In this document: piece after piece, positions 33,140 through 43,179 of the stretch
Position numbering within the stretch: position 1 is the first letter of the stretch
Layout of the letters: each line of letters begins with the position of its first letter
Source of the DNA: an uncultured Chloroflexia bacterium
GTDB taxonomy: Bacteria > Chloroflexota > Limnocylindria > Limnocylindrales > CSP1-4
Length of the DNA: 64,000 nucleotides
NCBI GenBank assembly: GCA_963720755.1
Contig: CAVRGP010000015.1
Location: 128,001 to 192,000, forward strand
Direction: 5' to 3'
Notes under the pieces: generated by a model
Told to the model about the DNA's origin: nothing
Database searches by the model: none
Seen by the model: the letters and a program-made list of their open reading frames with translations, nothing else
Translations under genes and position numbers: made by a program

Positions 33140-34333
33140 GCGGTCCAGCGGGTCGACGGACCTGATTTCGCCAGATACGAACATCGGTCGTGCTAGGCAA
33201 CGGACTGGCCGACGCCGATCGAAGTCCGTGCCAGATATCAGTGGGCCTCGTCCCCGGCAGGGCAACGGTGCCCCGGAGCCGTCACGCCGCCTCTTGTGGA
33301 TCCAGCCGGGCGACCCTGACCCGCTTGCGCGCCAGCCGCGCTCGCTGACCACGAGCCTCGCTCATATGTGGCAAGAACAGGAGTCCGGCCACGGGACCGT
33401 CCGGCGCACGCAGCCACCGCCGGATGGCGACGTTCCGAGCCGGGTAGACCCGCCCGAACAGGGCCGGCCTGTCCTCGACCTGGCGCCTGATGGTTCGATG
33501 CTCGGGGAGGACGAGCAACCGTCCGACGACGCGGGCCGACCACTCGAATCGTTCGAGCGCGATCGTCGGGGCCAGTCGGACCTTCTCGTCGTGCTTGCGG
33601 AATGTGCCCTCGACGGACGCGATCTCCGTCTTGACTTCGATCACCAGCAGGGTCCGGGTATCCGGCTCCCAGCCGAGCAGGTCGATCGAGCCGCGCTCGC
33701 CGTAGACCGAGTAGGACACCTCGGGAGCCACTTCCCACCGATGGGCGGACAACAGTGAGGCGAGGTCGTCGCACAGGCGAGCATGTCCGGCATCGAGCAG
33801 GCGGTCGAGGTCCCCGCCACGCCAGCGGGCGAACAGGACCAACTCGGCGTCCATCCCGCCGAGGATCCTCCGGATCGTCCCGATGGGCATCCCCTGCAGT
33901 CGACCTCGTTCGAACAGCGAGATCTCGCCCTGGCTCAGTCCCACGCGATCGCCGAGGTCGCGCTGACGCCAGCCGAGCCGCAAGCGCAGCTGGCGCCCAG
34001 TCCGTCCGAGCCCGAGGTCGTCGACCATCCCGTGAGTCTCGGGTCCGGCCCTTATCAGCCACTTGCATGTACGTCAGGGCCTCGAACTTGCCAGATACGG
34101 ATCCCGGCGCCTGAGACTTGCCATCTACGAATCAGGTTCGTGGTGTGCGAGGACGACCGAGTCATGGAGGGATCGCCCGGGGCCGGCAAGGGTGAGCCGT
34201 TGCCGGATACGAGACGCATTGCTACCAGGCACGGATCATCGGCTATCGAGGAGAGAACCATCGGCGTGGACTCGCCCAGCACGCAGTGGGCTCGTATCTG
34301 GCGGAAACAGGTCGAGGCTCGACCAAGGACCGC
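33140..34333. mobile_element. candidate inverted-repeat-bounded element carrying an HTH-nuclease gene
   Basis: IR 33159-33180 vs 34292-34313 (20/22), with gapped extension to 33140/34333; lies between the E1beta and E2 genes; no transposase or obvious TSD. Confidence 0.5.
33282..34028 (-). CDS. XRE-family HTH fused to a PD-(D/E)XK nuclease-like domain
   Basis: N-terminal LRLRLGWRQRDLGDRVGLSQGEISLFERG; C-terminal E..SIDLL...LVIEVKT catalytic-type motif. Confidence 0.75.
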   Translation of the reverse strand: MVDDLGLGRTGRQLRLRLGWRQRDLGDRVGLSQGEISLFERGRLQGMPIGTIRRILGGMDAELVLFARWRGGDLDRLLDAGHARLCDDLASLLSAHRWEVAPEVSYSVYGERGSIDLLGWEPDTRTLLVIEVKTEIASVEGTFRKHDEKVRLAPTIALERFEWSARVVGRLLVLPEHRTIRRQVEDRPALFGRVYPARNVAIRRWLRAPDGPVAGLLFLPHMSEARGQRARLARKRVRVARLDPQEAA

Positions 34334-34400
34334 CGGATGGGCGACACTACGCGGAAGCAATCAACGGGCCGCCCTGCGGCCGACCGCGAAGGAGCGCCCA

Positions 34401-35909
34401 ATGGCCAAGGTGACGATGCCCCAACTCGGCGAGAGTGTGGCCGAGGGGACGATCGGGAAATGGCTCAAGCAGCCGGGCGATCACGTCGACAAGTACGAGG
34501 CGCTCGTCGAAGTCGTGACCGACAAGGTGAACGCCGAAGTCCCGTCGCCATTCGAGGGCATCCTTCGCGAGATCCTGGTCGAGGAAGGGGCGACCGTCCC
34601 GAACAACGCCGAGATCGCGGTCATCGAGACGGCGGCCGACGGCGCCGGCGACGTCGCGGCAGCCCCCTCCGGCCCGGTCGCGACCTCTGAGCCTGCGTCC
34701 AGACCGGCCGATCCTGCCCCTGCTCCTGCCGAGGATGTCGCCGTGGGTCCCGCCGGCAGCGATGAGCGCGGACCCGCGGAGGTCGCAGCGGCGTCGTCGA
34801 CCGCAGCGACCTCGGCGCCCGCGGCCACGACCGCAGCGACCTCGGCCACGACCGCACCGACCTCGGCCACGACCGCAGCGACGTCGGCGCCCGAGGTCAC
34901 GCGCCCGACCCCGGCCGGCGCGGTCTCCGGTCCGCCCCCTACGACGGCCGACCCGGACGCCCGGATGACCCCGGCGGTCCGCCGACTATTGCGTGAACAC
35001 GACCTGTCCGCCGGCCAGGTCCAGGGGACCGGCGGCGGCGGCAGGATCACCAGGGACGATGTCCTCCGGGTCGTCGAGGCGATCCGCACCGGCACCGCGG
35101 CTCCGTCCACACCTGCCGCATCGGGAACCGCTGCGGCGGCCACCGCGCCACGAGTTCCCGCCACGCTCCCCGTGGGCGCTCCTATCGAATTCCCCGACGG
35201 CACCGACGAAGTCCTCCTGCCGATGACCCAGATGCGCAAGGGCATCGCCGCGCAGATGACCCGAGCACTCGCCGTGCCGCACGCCTACGTCCACATGGAA
35301 GTCGACGCCAGCGCCCTCGTCCGCGCTCGCGAGCAGGCCAAGCGCGACTACCAGGCCCGCGAGGGCATCTCGCTCAGTTACGTGCCGTTCGTCATCAAGG
35401 CCGTCGTTGATTCGCTGCGAAGCCATCCGACCTTCAATGCCCATTGGACCGACGCCGGGCTGCTCGCGAAGCGGCGCATCCACATGGGCGTCGCGGTCGC
35501 CGTCGATGATGGCCTCCTCGTGCCGGTCGTCCGAGACGTCGACCAGCTCTCGATCAGCGGACTCAACCGTGCGATCGCCGACGTCGCGGCTCGAGCCAGG
35601 GTCGGAAAGCTGCGCCTCGAGGACTACGGCGGCAGTACGTTCACCATCGACAACACGGGCTGGTTCGGGTCGAACCTGACCATGCCGATCATCAACGTCC
35701 CGGAAGTCGCGATCCTGACGATGGAGGCGATCACCAAGCGCCCGGTCGTGCGCGAGACGCCCGAAGGCGACGTCATCGCCATCCGTCCGGTCATGAACAT
35801 GGTCCTGGCGATCGACCACCGCGCGAACGATGGCGCGCAGGCAGCTGCCTTCCTCCGCGCCATCAAGACCTGGCTCGAGGGGATCGGTCCCGAGACGCCT
35901 GTCTACTGA
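34401..35909 (+). CDS. bkdB: dihydrolipoamide acyltransferase (E2)
   Basis: Lipoyl domain TDKVNAEVPSP, E3-binding GTGGGGRITRDD, catalytic DHRANDG; RBS aaggag. Confidence 0.9.
   Translation: MAKVTMPQLGESVAEGTIGKWLKQPGDHVDKYEALVEVVTDKVNAEVPSPFEGILREILVEEGATVPNNAEIAVIETAADGAGDVAAAPSGPVATSEPASRPADPAPAPAEDVAVGPAGSDERGPAEVAAASSTAATSAPAATTAATSATTAPTSATTAATSAPEVTRPTPAGAVSGPPPTTADPDARMTPAVRRLLREHDLSAGQVQGTGGGGRITRDDVLRVVEAIRTGTAAPSTPAASGTAAAATAPRVPATLPVGAPIEFPDGTDEVLLPMTQMRKGIAAQMTRALAVPHAYVHMEVDASALVRAREQAKRDYQAREGISLSYVPFVIKAVVDSLRSHPTFNAHWTDAGLLAKRRIHMGVAVAVDDGLLVPVVRDVDQLSISGLNRAIADVAARARVGKLRLEDYGGSTFTIDNTGWFGSNLTMPIINVPEVAILTMEAITKRPVVRETPEGDVIAIRPVMNMVLAIDHRANDGAQAAAFLRAIKTWLEGIGPETPVY
34798..34892 (+). 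repeat. 21-nt coding tandem repeat (ATTAATS) in the E2 linker
   Basis: About four copies of gccacgaccgcagcgacctcg. Confidence 0.8.
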
Positions 35910-35981
35910 GCGCCCTCGGTCGGCCCGCGACGACCGCAGCGCCCGGGAGTCGCTCGCACCGAGTCGTCGTACACTCCGCGC

Positions 35982-36974
35982 ATGCCCCGCGAGCTTCCGG
36001 TCTTCGAGCCGACGCCGATCGACCCCGTCGGGCCGGCTCCGATCCAGCGCCGGCATCCCGACTGGATCCGTGCCCGGATGCCGTCCGGCGACGCGTATCA
36101 CGACCTGAAGGGCCTCATGCGTGGCCTCTCCCTCAACACGGTTTGCGAGGAGGCCCGCTGCCCGAATATCGGGGAGTGCTGGGATCAGCGAACCGCGACG
36201 ATCATGATCCTCGGCGACACGTGCACGCGTGCCTGCGGGTTCTGTGCGGTCAAGACGGGCCGGCCGACCTGGTTCGACGATGACGAGCCGCGCCGGGTCG
36301 CCGAGGCGGTCGCTGCCCTCGGACTCGAGCACGTGGTCATCACCTCGGTCGCCCGTGACGACCTGCCCGATGGCGGCTCGCGCATCTTCGCCGAGACGAT
36401 CGGACGGTTGCGCGCCACGTCCCCCGGGATGGGCATCGAGGTGCTCATCCCCGATTTCGATGGCTCGGACGACCGGCTGCGGACGGTGATGGACGCCAGG
36501 CCGGACATCCTCAACCACAACCTCGAGACGGTGAAGCGCCTCCAGAAGCCGGTCCGCAAGCGAGCACGCTGGGATCGCTCCCTGTACGTCCTCCGCCGGG
36601 CGCGCGAGATGGCCGATGAGATCGGCTACCCGGCCCACACCAAGTCAAGTCTCATGGTCGGCCTGGGCGAGACACGGGACGAATTGCATGAAGCGTTCGA
36701 AGCGTTGCGCGACAACGACGTCGATATCCTGACCATCGGGCAGTACCTGCGGCCGTCGCTCGATCACCTCCCGCTCGAGCGCTACTACCACCCCGACGAA
36801 TTCGCCGAGATGAAGGTCGAGGCGCTGGCCCTCGGGTTCAAACACGTCGAGTCCGCACCGCTCGTGCGATCGAGCTACCACGCTCGCGATCAGGTGCCCG
36901 GCGCGGAACTCAAGCGCCTGCGCCGACAGGCGACCATCGACGCCGAGGGGCGCGTCATCCCTCTCGCCGGCTGA
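35982..36974 (+). CDS. lipA: lipoyl synthase
   Basis: CEEARCPNIGEC, CTRACGFC, NHNLETV, VRSSY. Confidence 0.97.
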   Translation: MPRELPVFEPTPIDPVGPAPIQRRHPDWIRARMPSGDAYHDLKGLMRGLSLNTVCEEARCPNIGECWDQRTATIMILGDTCTRACGFCAVKTGRPTWFDDDEPRRVAEAVAALGLEHVVITSVARDDLPDGGSRIFAETIGRLRATSPGMGIEVLIPDFDGSDDRLRTVMDARPDILNHNLETVKRLQKPVRKRARWDRSLYVLRRAREMADEIGYPAHTKSSLMVGLGETRDELHEAFEALRDNDVDILTIGQYLRPSLDHLPLERYYHPDEFAEMKVEALALGFKHVESAPLVRSSYHARDQVPGAELKRLRRQATIDAEGRVIPLAG

Positions 36975-36996
36975 GGGAGCGCACGCCGACCGAGCC

Positions 36997-38173
36997 ATGA
37001 GCGTCGACTTCGACCCGGTCCGGCTCGGCCGGCGCCGTCGTCGGGTTGATCCGGTGGTCGTGGGCACGGTCGTCGTGATCGCCGCCCTCATCGTGGCGGT
37101 CGCCAAGCCATGGGGTGGCGACGACGGCGTGACCGCGCTCGCGGCCGGTTCGGCGTCGCCCGGCGCGACGGCCCCGGGTCCTGGCTCTCCGGGGTCGCCA
37201 TCGACCCCGACGCCTGGACCGACACCGACCCAGGTACAACAGCCGACCTGGGCCGAGATGGCGGGCATCGTCACCTCGCATGATGCCTGGGGTGTGCGCG
37301 CGATCTTGTCGGAGGGTCGCGTCGGCCTGTACCCGGGCTCGCCGGGAGGCTACTCGGACCGCTGGCGGTCCGTCGTGCTGGATGCAACGGGCCGAGGCTC
37401 GGCCATCATCGAGCGAGATGAGCGGGCGATGGTGGGCCTCGGGGTCACGATCCCGAACCGGGTAGCCGCGCTCGCCGGCAGGGTCTGGCGGGTCCACGAG
37501 GGCGACCGGCTTGAATGGGTCGACACGGTCGAGATCGGCCCCGACTACGCGAACCTCGGATTCTTCTTCCTGCGACCTGGCCGCGATGGCCAGCCCTACA
37601 TGGGCTGGGAGCCCGGGACGTACCGGATCGAAGTCCTGACGCTGCGCGGGGATCCGCTCGATCGACGTGGGCATCCCGGGTCGGTTCGGGGATGTGCCCC
37701 GGCCGGAGCCGTGGCCGACCGCGGCGTCAGGACTCGTACCCGCATCGGCGACCGATGCCTCGGCGATCCGCGGTGGCATGTTCGCGACCGTCGACGGCTC
37801 GACCGTTCCCCTCGGTGCGGCCGAATCCGCACCATTGAGCGGAGACCAGGCGTGGGTCGACACGGTTCGCCAGTCCGACTCCGTCGTGGCGACGGCATAT
37901 CTTCCTCGTGCGACCGGTCTCGGGGTCATGTTGGGCCCGGGTGATGACATCACCGGGTCGACGATCCGGCGCCTCTCCCCGGATGGCCCGTTCGATCCGC
38001 TCGAGCCGATCCAGGGACTCTCGGACCGTCAGGGCCGGATGCTCTTCGTGCTCTACCCGGCGCCGGACGGTGCCTGGGAGCCGGGAACGTACTCGATCAC
38101 AGTCGATTGGAGGGATGCGACCGGCACTCACGAGGGCACGTGGCATGTCGAGCTCCGGCCGGGGTCGAGCTAG
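36997..38173 (+). pseudogene. membrane-anchored hypothetical protein with two related domains; +1 frameshift at the G run 37648-37651 (possibly a sequencing error)
   Basis: N-terminal TM (AKPWG) and WEPGTY in ORF 36997..37944; second WEPGTY in ORF 37667..38173; deleting one G joins the frames. Confidence 0.6.
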
Positions 38174-38208
38174 CCATCGGACACGCGATCGTCCGCTATC
38201 CTGACGCC

Positions 38209-39264
38209 ATGCCCCGTGTGCTCTCGCGCAAGATCCCGCTCGCCGAGTTGCACTGCCATCTTGGTGGCGCTGTGACTCCGGCGATCATGTGGGGCATCGC
38301 CCATTCGCAGGGGATCAAGCTCCCGACCAAGGACTACTGGGAGTTCCGGGACATGATCACGGTCTCGCCCCGGCGCAACCGGTCGTTTGACGGCTACCTC
38401 CAGCTGTTCCACTGGACTGAGCTCATCCAGAGCTCCCCGCTCGCCGTCGAGCGTTCCGTCTACGAGGTGATCGGCGGCGGGTACCGAAAGAACAACGTCA
38501 TCTCGATGGAACTCCGGTTCAACCCGATGAAGCGAAATCGGGGTGGCGAGCAGGACCTCGACCACATCATCGCGGCCGCCGTGCGCGGCATGGACAAGGC
38601 CAGCCTGGAGTACCCGGTCAAGCCGGGGTTGCTCTTCTGCCTGGACCGGGCGTTCCCCTATGAACTCAACGAGATCATCGTCGAGAAGGCGATCGCCTGG
38701 CGCGACCGCGGCGTCGTCGGGGTCGATATCGCAGGGCCCGAATCGGCGACATTCCGGGTGGCCGATTACCGGCGCCTGTTCCGGCGAGCTCGCCAGTTCG
38801 GCCTTGGCCTGACGGTCCACACCGGCGAGTCGGGGCCGATCGAGGAGGTCGCCAGAGTCGTGGAGCTCCTCGAGCCGGACCGGATCGGCCATGGTGTCAA
38901 GGCGGCCTACGACCCCAGGGCGATGGACATGATCGCCGACCGGGGCATCGTCCTCGAGATCTGCCCGACCTCCAATCTGAACACGCGGGTCGTCAGCGGG
39001 TGGGACGAGTTCCGATGGATCTTCGACACCTTTCGCCGCAATGAGGTCCGGTTCACCATCAACACCGACGGGCCGGAGATGCTCAAGACCTACATCCGGG
39101 ATGAGATGGCGCAGCTCGGTCGCCTCGGGATCCTGTCGATGTCCGACCTGGAGACTGCGGCCGCGACCTCGCTGGCCGCGTCGTTCGTGCCCAACGTCAC
39201 GGATGTCCCACCGCCGCGGCTCGAACCTGCGTCGCGTGTCGCCGTGGAGCGCGAGGAAGCCTGA
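38209..39264 (+). CDS. adenosine deaminase family amidohydrolase
   Basis: ELHCHLGG, HTGE, RIGHG, CPTSN, NTDGP. Confidence 0.88.
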   Translation: MPRVLSRKIPLAELHCHLGGAVTPAIMWGIAHSQGIKLPTKDYWEFRDMITVSPRRNRSFDGYLQLFHWTELIQSSPLAVERSVYEVIGGGYRKNNVISMELRFNPMKRNRGGEQDLDHIIAAAVRGMDKASLEYPVKPGLLFCLDRAFPYELNEIIVEKAIAWRDRGVVGVDIAGPESATFRVADYRRLFRRARQFGLGLTVHTGESGPIEEVARVVELLEPDRIGHGVKAAYDPRAMDMIADRGIVLEICPTSNLNTRVVSGWDEFRWIFDTFRRNEVRFTINTDGPEMLKTYIRDEMAQLGRLGILSMSDLETAAATSLAASFVPNVTDVPPPRLEPASRVAVEREEA

Positions 39265-39278
39265 CCGGTCGCCGAGAC

Positions 39279-39992
39279 TCAGTCCGGCGTGGGGTCCGCG
39301 AACCGATACGAGCAGCACCGATCGCCCGACGCGATGTGCTGTTCGCGCACGACCTCGACGCCGAGGACCTCGCGGAACAGGTCGAGTTCCGCGGCGCAGG
39401 CCGCTGCCGAACCCTGCGCGATGTGGTAGATGGCGCAGTTATGTTCGCGCAGGCGGATCGTGCCATCGGCTTCGATCACCGTATCGGCCAGGTAGCCATT
39501 GTCGGCCTGGATCACGGCCAGCTCCTGGACACGCTCGGTCAGCGGGGCGTCCGGCGCGATCCGGTCGCTCATCCGTTCGCGTACACGCTCGCCGAGCTGG
39601 CGCCGGCGCGCGGCGAAGACCTGCTCGAGAAGATCGTCCCCGCCGACCGACTCGATGGCGGCGAGGAGGCCCGTCGCCAGCGCGTCGTAATTCGACGGGA
39701 AGAGTTCCTGCGCATCCGGCGTCACGTCGTACAGGTGACGGGGGCGGCCCACACCATGGCGGACCGTCTGGCGGCTGACCAGGTTGGCGTTCTCGAGTGC
39801 GCGGAGTTGCTGCAGGACGCCCGTCCTGCTGGCGCCCACTCGCGCGGCGAGCTGGTCTGGGGAGCTTGGGCCGTCGACGCGCAGGCGGAGGAGCAGATCG
39901 CGTCGCAGGCCGGACGGCCCGTTGGGTGCGGCGAGATCGCCCTTAGCGGGGGCGCGGTCGTAGGCGGCGGGCTGCTGCGTGGGCTCGCGCAT
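39279..39992 (-). CDS. ArsR/SufR-like HTH regulator with C-terminal Cys ligands
   Basis: HTH plus GVGRPRHLY, EHNC...C..E...GDRCC. Confidence 0.8.
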   Translation of the reverse strand: MREPTQQPAAYDRAPAKGDLAAPNGPSGLRRDLLLRLRVDGPSSPDQLAARVGASRTGVLQQLRALENANLVSRQTVRHGVGRPRHLYDVTPDAQELFPSNYDALATGLLAAIESVGGDDLLEQVFAARRRQLGERVRERMSDRIAPDAPLTERVQELAVIQADNGYLADTVIEADGTIRLREHNCAIYHIAQGSAAACAAELDLFREVLGVEVVREQHIASGDRCCSYRFADPTPD

Positions 39993-40068
39993 CGGCTCAG
40001 GCTAGCACCGAACCTTCGACGCGTCCGTGCGGCGCTCGACGACCGTGCCGGATGGTACGGTTGCGGCG

Positions 40069-41235
40069 ATGGATCTGGACCTCTCGCCCGAGCACGTCCT
40101 CCTGCGCGACACGATCCGGGACTTCATGCTGACGGAAGTCGCGCCGGTCATCGACGAGCACGAGCGCGCCCGGCGCTTCCCGAGCGACATCGTCAGGCAG
40201 ATCGGAGCCTTGGGCTGGCTTGGGATCCCGATCCCGGAGGATGAGGGCGGGGCCGGCCTCGACACCCTCGCCTATGCGATCGCGATCGAGGAGATCGGCC
40301 GGGTGTGGGGCTCGCTCGGACTCATCGTCGCCGCGCACACGAGCCTGGGCTGCGGTCCTCTCCACCTGGCGGGCACGCCGGCGCAGAAGGATCGGTACCT
40401 GGTGCCGATGGCGCAGGGCGAGGTCATCGGGGCCTACGGCCTCACGGAACCCGGCGCCGGCAGCGATTCGGGCGGGACCCGGACGACCGCTCGGCACGAA
40501 GACGGTCCCGACGGCGGCACCTGGGTCATCGACGGCGGCAAGCGGTTCATCACCAACGCCGGGCAGGCGGGGACGTACATCGTGACGGCCCGGACCGGCA
40601 CCCGGGATGACGGAGGGGCCGAGATCAGCGCGTTCATCGTCCCGGCCGACACTCCCGGGTTCAGCGTCGGACGGCTCGAGGAGAAGCTCGGGTTGCACGC
40701 CTCTGCGACCGGCGAGCTGTCGTTCGATGGTGCCCGGGTTCCCGCCGCGAACATGCTGGGCGAGCAGGGGAGTGGCTTCAAGACGTTCCTGCGGATCCTC
40801 GATGGCGGCCGGATCTCGATCGGTGCCCTCGCGGTGGGGATCGCCCAGGGTGCGCTCGATGCCGCGATCCCGTACGCGCAGACCCGCGAGCAGTTCGGGC
40901 GCCCGATCGGGTCGTTCCAGGGCGTCGCCTTCATGATCGCCGACATGGCCACCGAGATCGAGGCGGCGCGCGGCCTCGTCTGGCGGTCCGCCTGGCTCAA
41001 GGACCAGGGTCGCGACTATGGGCTGGTCGCCGCACAGGCCAAGCTGTTCGCGTCGGAAGTCAGCTCGCGGGTGACCAACCACGCCATCCAGGTCCACGGA
41101 GGCTATGGCTACGTCACCGAGTTCCCGGTCGAGCGCTACCTGCGGGACGCGAAGTTGACCGAGATCGGGGAGGGGACGAGCCAGGTCCAGCGCCTCGTCA
41201 TCGCCCGCCGGATCCTCGGCCTCCGCGTCATCTGA
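40069..41235 (+). CDS. acyl-CoA dehydrogenase
   Basis: GLTEPGAGSD, GKRFITN, REQFGRPI, QVHGGYG, EIGEGT. Confidence 0.95.
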   Translation: MDLDLSPEHVLLRDTIRDFMLTEVAPVIDEHERARRFPSDIVRQIGALGWLGIPIPEDEGGAGLDTLAYAIAIEEIGRVWGSLGLIVAAHTSLGCGPLHLAGTPAQKDRYLVPMAQGEVIGAYGLTEPGAGSDSGGTRTTARHEDGPDGGTWVIDGGKRFITNAGQAGTYIVTARTGTRDDGGAEISAFIVPADTPGFSVGRLEEKLGLHASATGELSFDGARVPAANMLGEQGSGFKTFLRILDGGRISIGALAVGIAQGALDAAIPYAQTREQFGRPIGSFQGVAFMIADMATEIEAARGLVWRSAWLKDQGRDYGLVAAQAKLFASEVSSRVTNHAIQVHGGYGYVTEFPVERYLRDAKLTEIGEGTSQVQRLVIARRILGLRVI

Positions 41236-41256
41236 GCCGCTCCGCTCCGTCGCCGA

Positions 41257-41724
41257 TCAGCCGCCGGTCCCCGCGGCGACATCGAGCCCCGCCCGAAGGA
41301 CCCCCTCGAACTGCGGAGCCCAGGGACCCTGGCCGGCCAGCACGAACGGCGATTGTTCCGCCGACGCGAAGGTCGCCGGATCGGTCACGAAACTCCGGGC
41401 GCAGGCATCGATGGTCGGCCGAAGGCGATCGTAGGTCGCCCGGTTCGCGAACACGTACAGGTATATCCGGACAGGGGTCGCCTGGTCGAGCCCGTTGGCG
41501 TCGAACGCGATCGCCGTCGGCGCCAGGATCCGATCGTCGCACCCAGGGTCGCCCGACACGATGTTGTCGAGATGGAGGCCGCGCTTCGCGAACTCGATCG
41601 CGATGCCGCCGAAATCGGCGGGTGTGGGCGCCGGCGGGGTGGTCTCCACGTAGTCGCAGGCGGCCAGCAGGAAGGTCGTGATGGCGAGCGCAAGGCTCAA
41701 GCCGACGGTTCGACGGGATGACAT
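41257..41724 (-). CDS. hypothetical lipoprotein
   Basis: MSSRR + hydrophobic stretch + LAAC lipobox. Confidence 0.7.
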   Translation of the reverse strand: MSSRRTVGLSLALAITTFLLAACDYVETTPPAPTPADFGGIAIEFAKRGLHLDNIVSGDPGCDDRILAPTAIAFDANGLDQATPVRIYLYVFANRATYDRLRPTIDACARSFVTDPATFASAEQSPFVLAGQGPWAPQFEGVLRAGLDVAAGTGG

Positions 41725-41850
41725 CGTGCCGGAGGCTACCACCGGTCGTCCGGGACCGCTCTGGCGCGACCATCGCGGCAGGGGAATGGCGGCTATCGTA
41801 CGATGCCCCGGTCCCAGCCAGCGTGACGCCGCGTCCTGCCGTGAGGTCCA

Positions 41851-43173
41851 GTGCCCGAGATCCGTCCCTTCCGAGCCCTGCGGTACGACCACGCCACGGT
41901 CGGCGACCCGGCGCTCGTGGTCGCGCCGCCGTACGACGTCATCGACGCGGCCGAACACGCCCGGTTGCTGGCGCGCCATCCGGCCAATGTCGTCCGGCTG
42001 GACCTGCCCGGGGACGAGCTCGGCGACCAGCCGGATGACCGGTATCGTCGCGCAGCCCGGACGCTGGCAGCCTGGCGGTCGGATGGGACGCTTCACAAGG
42101 ACCCGCACCCGTCCATCTACATCTACGAGCAGACGTATCGCGTCCCCGGGACCGAGGTCACCCGCACCCAGCGAGGCTTCCTTGCGCGACTCCGACTGGA
42201 GCCGTTCGGTCCTGGCTCGGGTGTGCAACCGCACGAGCGGACGCTGGCGGGACCGAAGGAAGACCGCTATCGACTGCTTCGGGCGACCGGTGTCAACACG
42301 AGCCCGGTGGTCGGCCTGTACGAGGATCAAAGCGGCAGCGGGCATGCCGTGCTGGATCTCGCCATGGCGAAGGCTGCCGACATCGATCTGGTCGACGACG
42401 ATGGGACACGCCACCGACTCTGGGCCGTCCCGGCCGACGGCGAGGGCGCCGATGTCGTCGCTCCGCTGCTGGATGCCGCCGGGCGGGGACCGATCACGAT
42501 CGCCGATGGCCATCATCGCTACGAGACGGCCCTGCGGTATCGGGACGAGCGGCGGATGAGCCGGTCGTGCGAAGAAGACCCGGCCTTCGACTACCTGCTC
42601 GCGTTCCTCCTCGAGGCATCGCCCGCGTCGTTGACGGTCCTGCCGACGCACCGGGTCGTCCGGTCGCTGGGCCAGAATGGCGTGACGACCTTGATCGCCC
42701 GACTCGACGAGTTCTTCGACGTCCAGGCCGGGACATCCTCGGATGCGCTCCTGGAGACCTATTCGGCGGCGGCCCTGGCCCCGGGTGGTGCGGGTCGCTT
42801 CGGTCTATGGACGCGATCCGGTGGTTTCGGGCTGGTCGCCCGGCCCCAGGTGTTGGAGCCGTTCCTGCCCACCGGTGGACGAGCGGTCCGAGCGCTTGAC
42901 GTGACCCTGCTCGAGACTGCGCTCGAGCGACTGACGGGCATCGGCGCGGCGGCCATCGCCGACGGCGCCATCGCCTTCACGAAGTCGGCGGCGGAGGCCG
43001 TGGCCTGGGTCGACGAGGAACGTGATGGCGCCGATGCGGCGTTCCTGCTCGAACCGACGCCGGTCGCCGCCATCGAGGCCGTCGCGGCCGAAGGCGATGT
43101 GATGCCCCAGAAGTCGACCTACTTCTACCCGAAGGCCCTGACCGGCCTGGTGATCAACCCGCACGAATGGTGA
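41851..43173 (+). CDS. DUF1015 family protein
   Basis: PFRALRY, PPYDVI, PHERT, IADGHHRY, MPQKSTYFYPK. Confidence 0.92.
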   Translation: MPEIRPFRALRYDHATVGDPALVVAPPYDVIDAAEHARLLARHPANVVRLDLPGDELGDQPDDRYRRAARTLAAWRSDGTLHKDPHPSIYIYEQTYRVPGTEVTRTQRGFLARLRLEPFGPGSGVQPHERTLAGPKEDRYRLLRATGVNTSPVVGLYEDQSGSGHAVLDLAMAKAADIDLVDDDGTRHRLWAVPADGEGADVVAPLLDAAGRGPITIADGHHRYETALRYRDERRMSRSCEEDPAFDYLLAFLLEASPASLTVLPTHRVVRSLGQNGVTTLIARLDEFFDVQAGTSSDALLETYSAAALAPGGAGRFGLWTRSGGFGLVARPQVLEPFLPTGGRAVRALDVTLLETALERLTGIGAAAIADGAIAFTKSAAEAVAWVDEERDGADAAFLLEPTPVAAIEAVAAEGDVMPQKSTYFYPKALTGLVINPHEW

Positions 43174-43179
43174 ACACGA

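Noticed and set aside
33783-34400. N-terminal extension of E2 in the 708-aa ORF
   Set aside because: The lipoyl domain starts at ATG 34401 with an RBS; the extension overlaps the antisense HTH gene and the repeat region
34798-34892. Tandem repeats as mobile or regulatory DNA (also 6406-6505, 7359-7440, 28444-28500)
   Set aside because: All are in-frame low-complexity protein linkers
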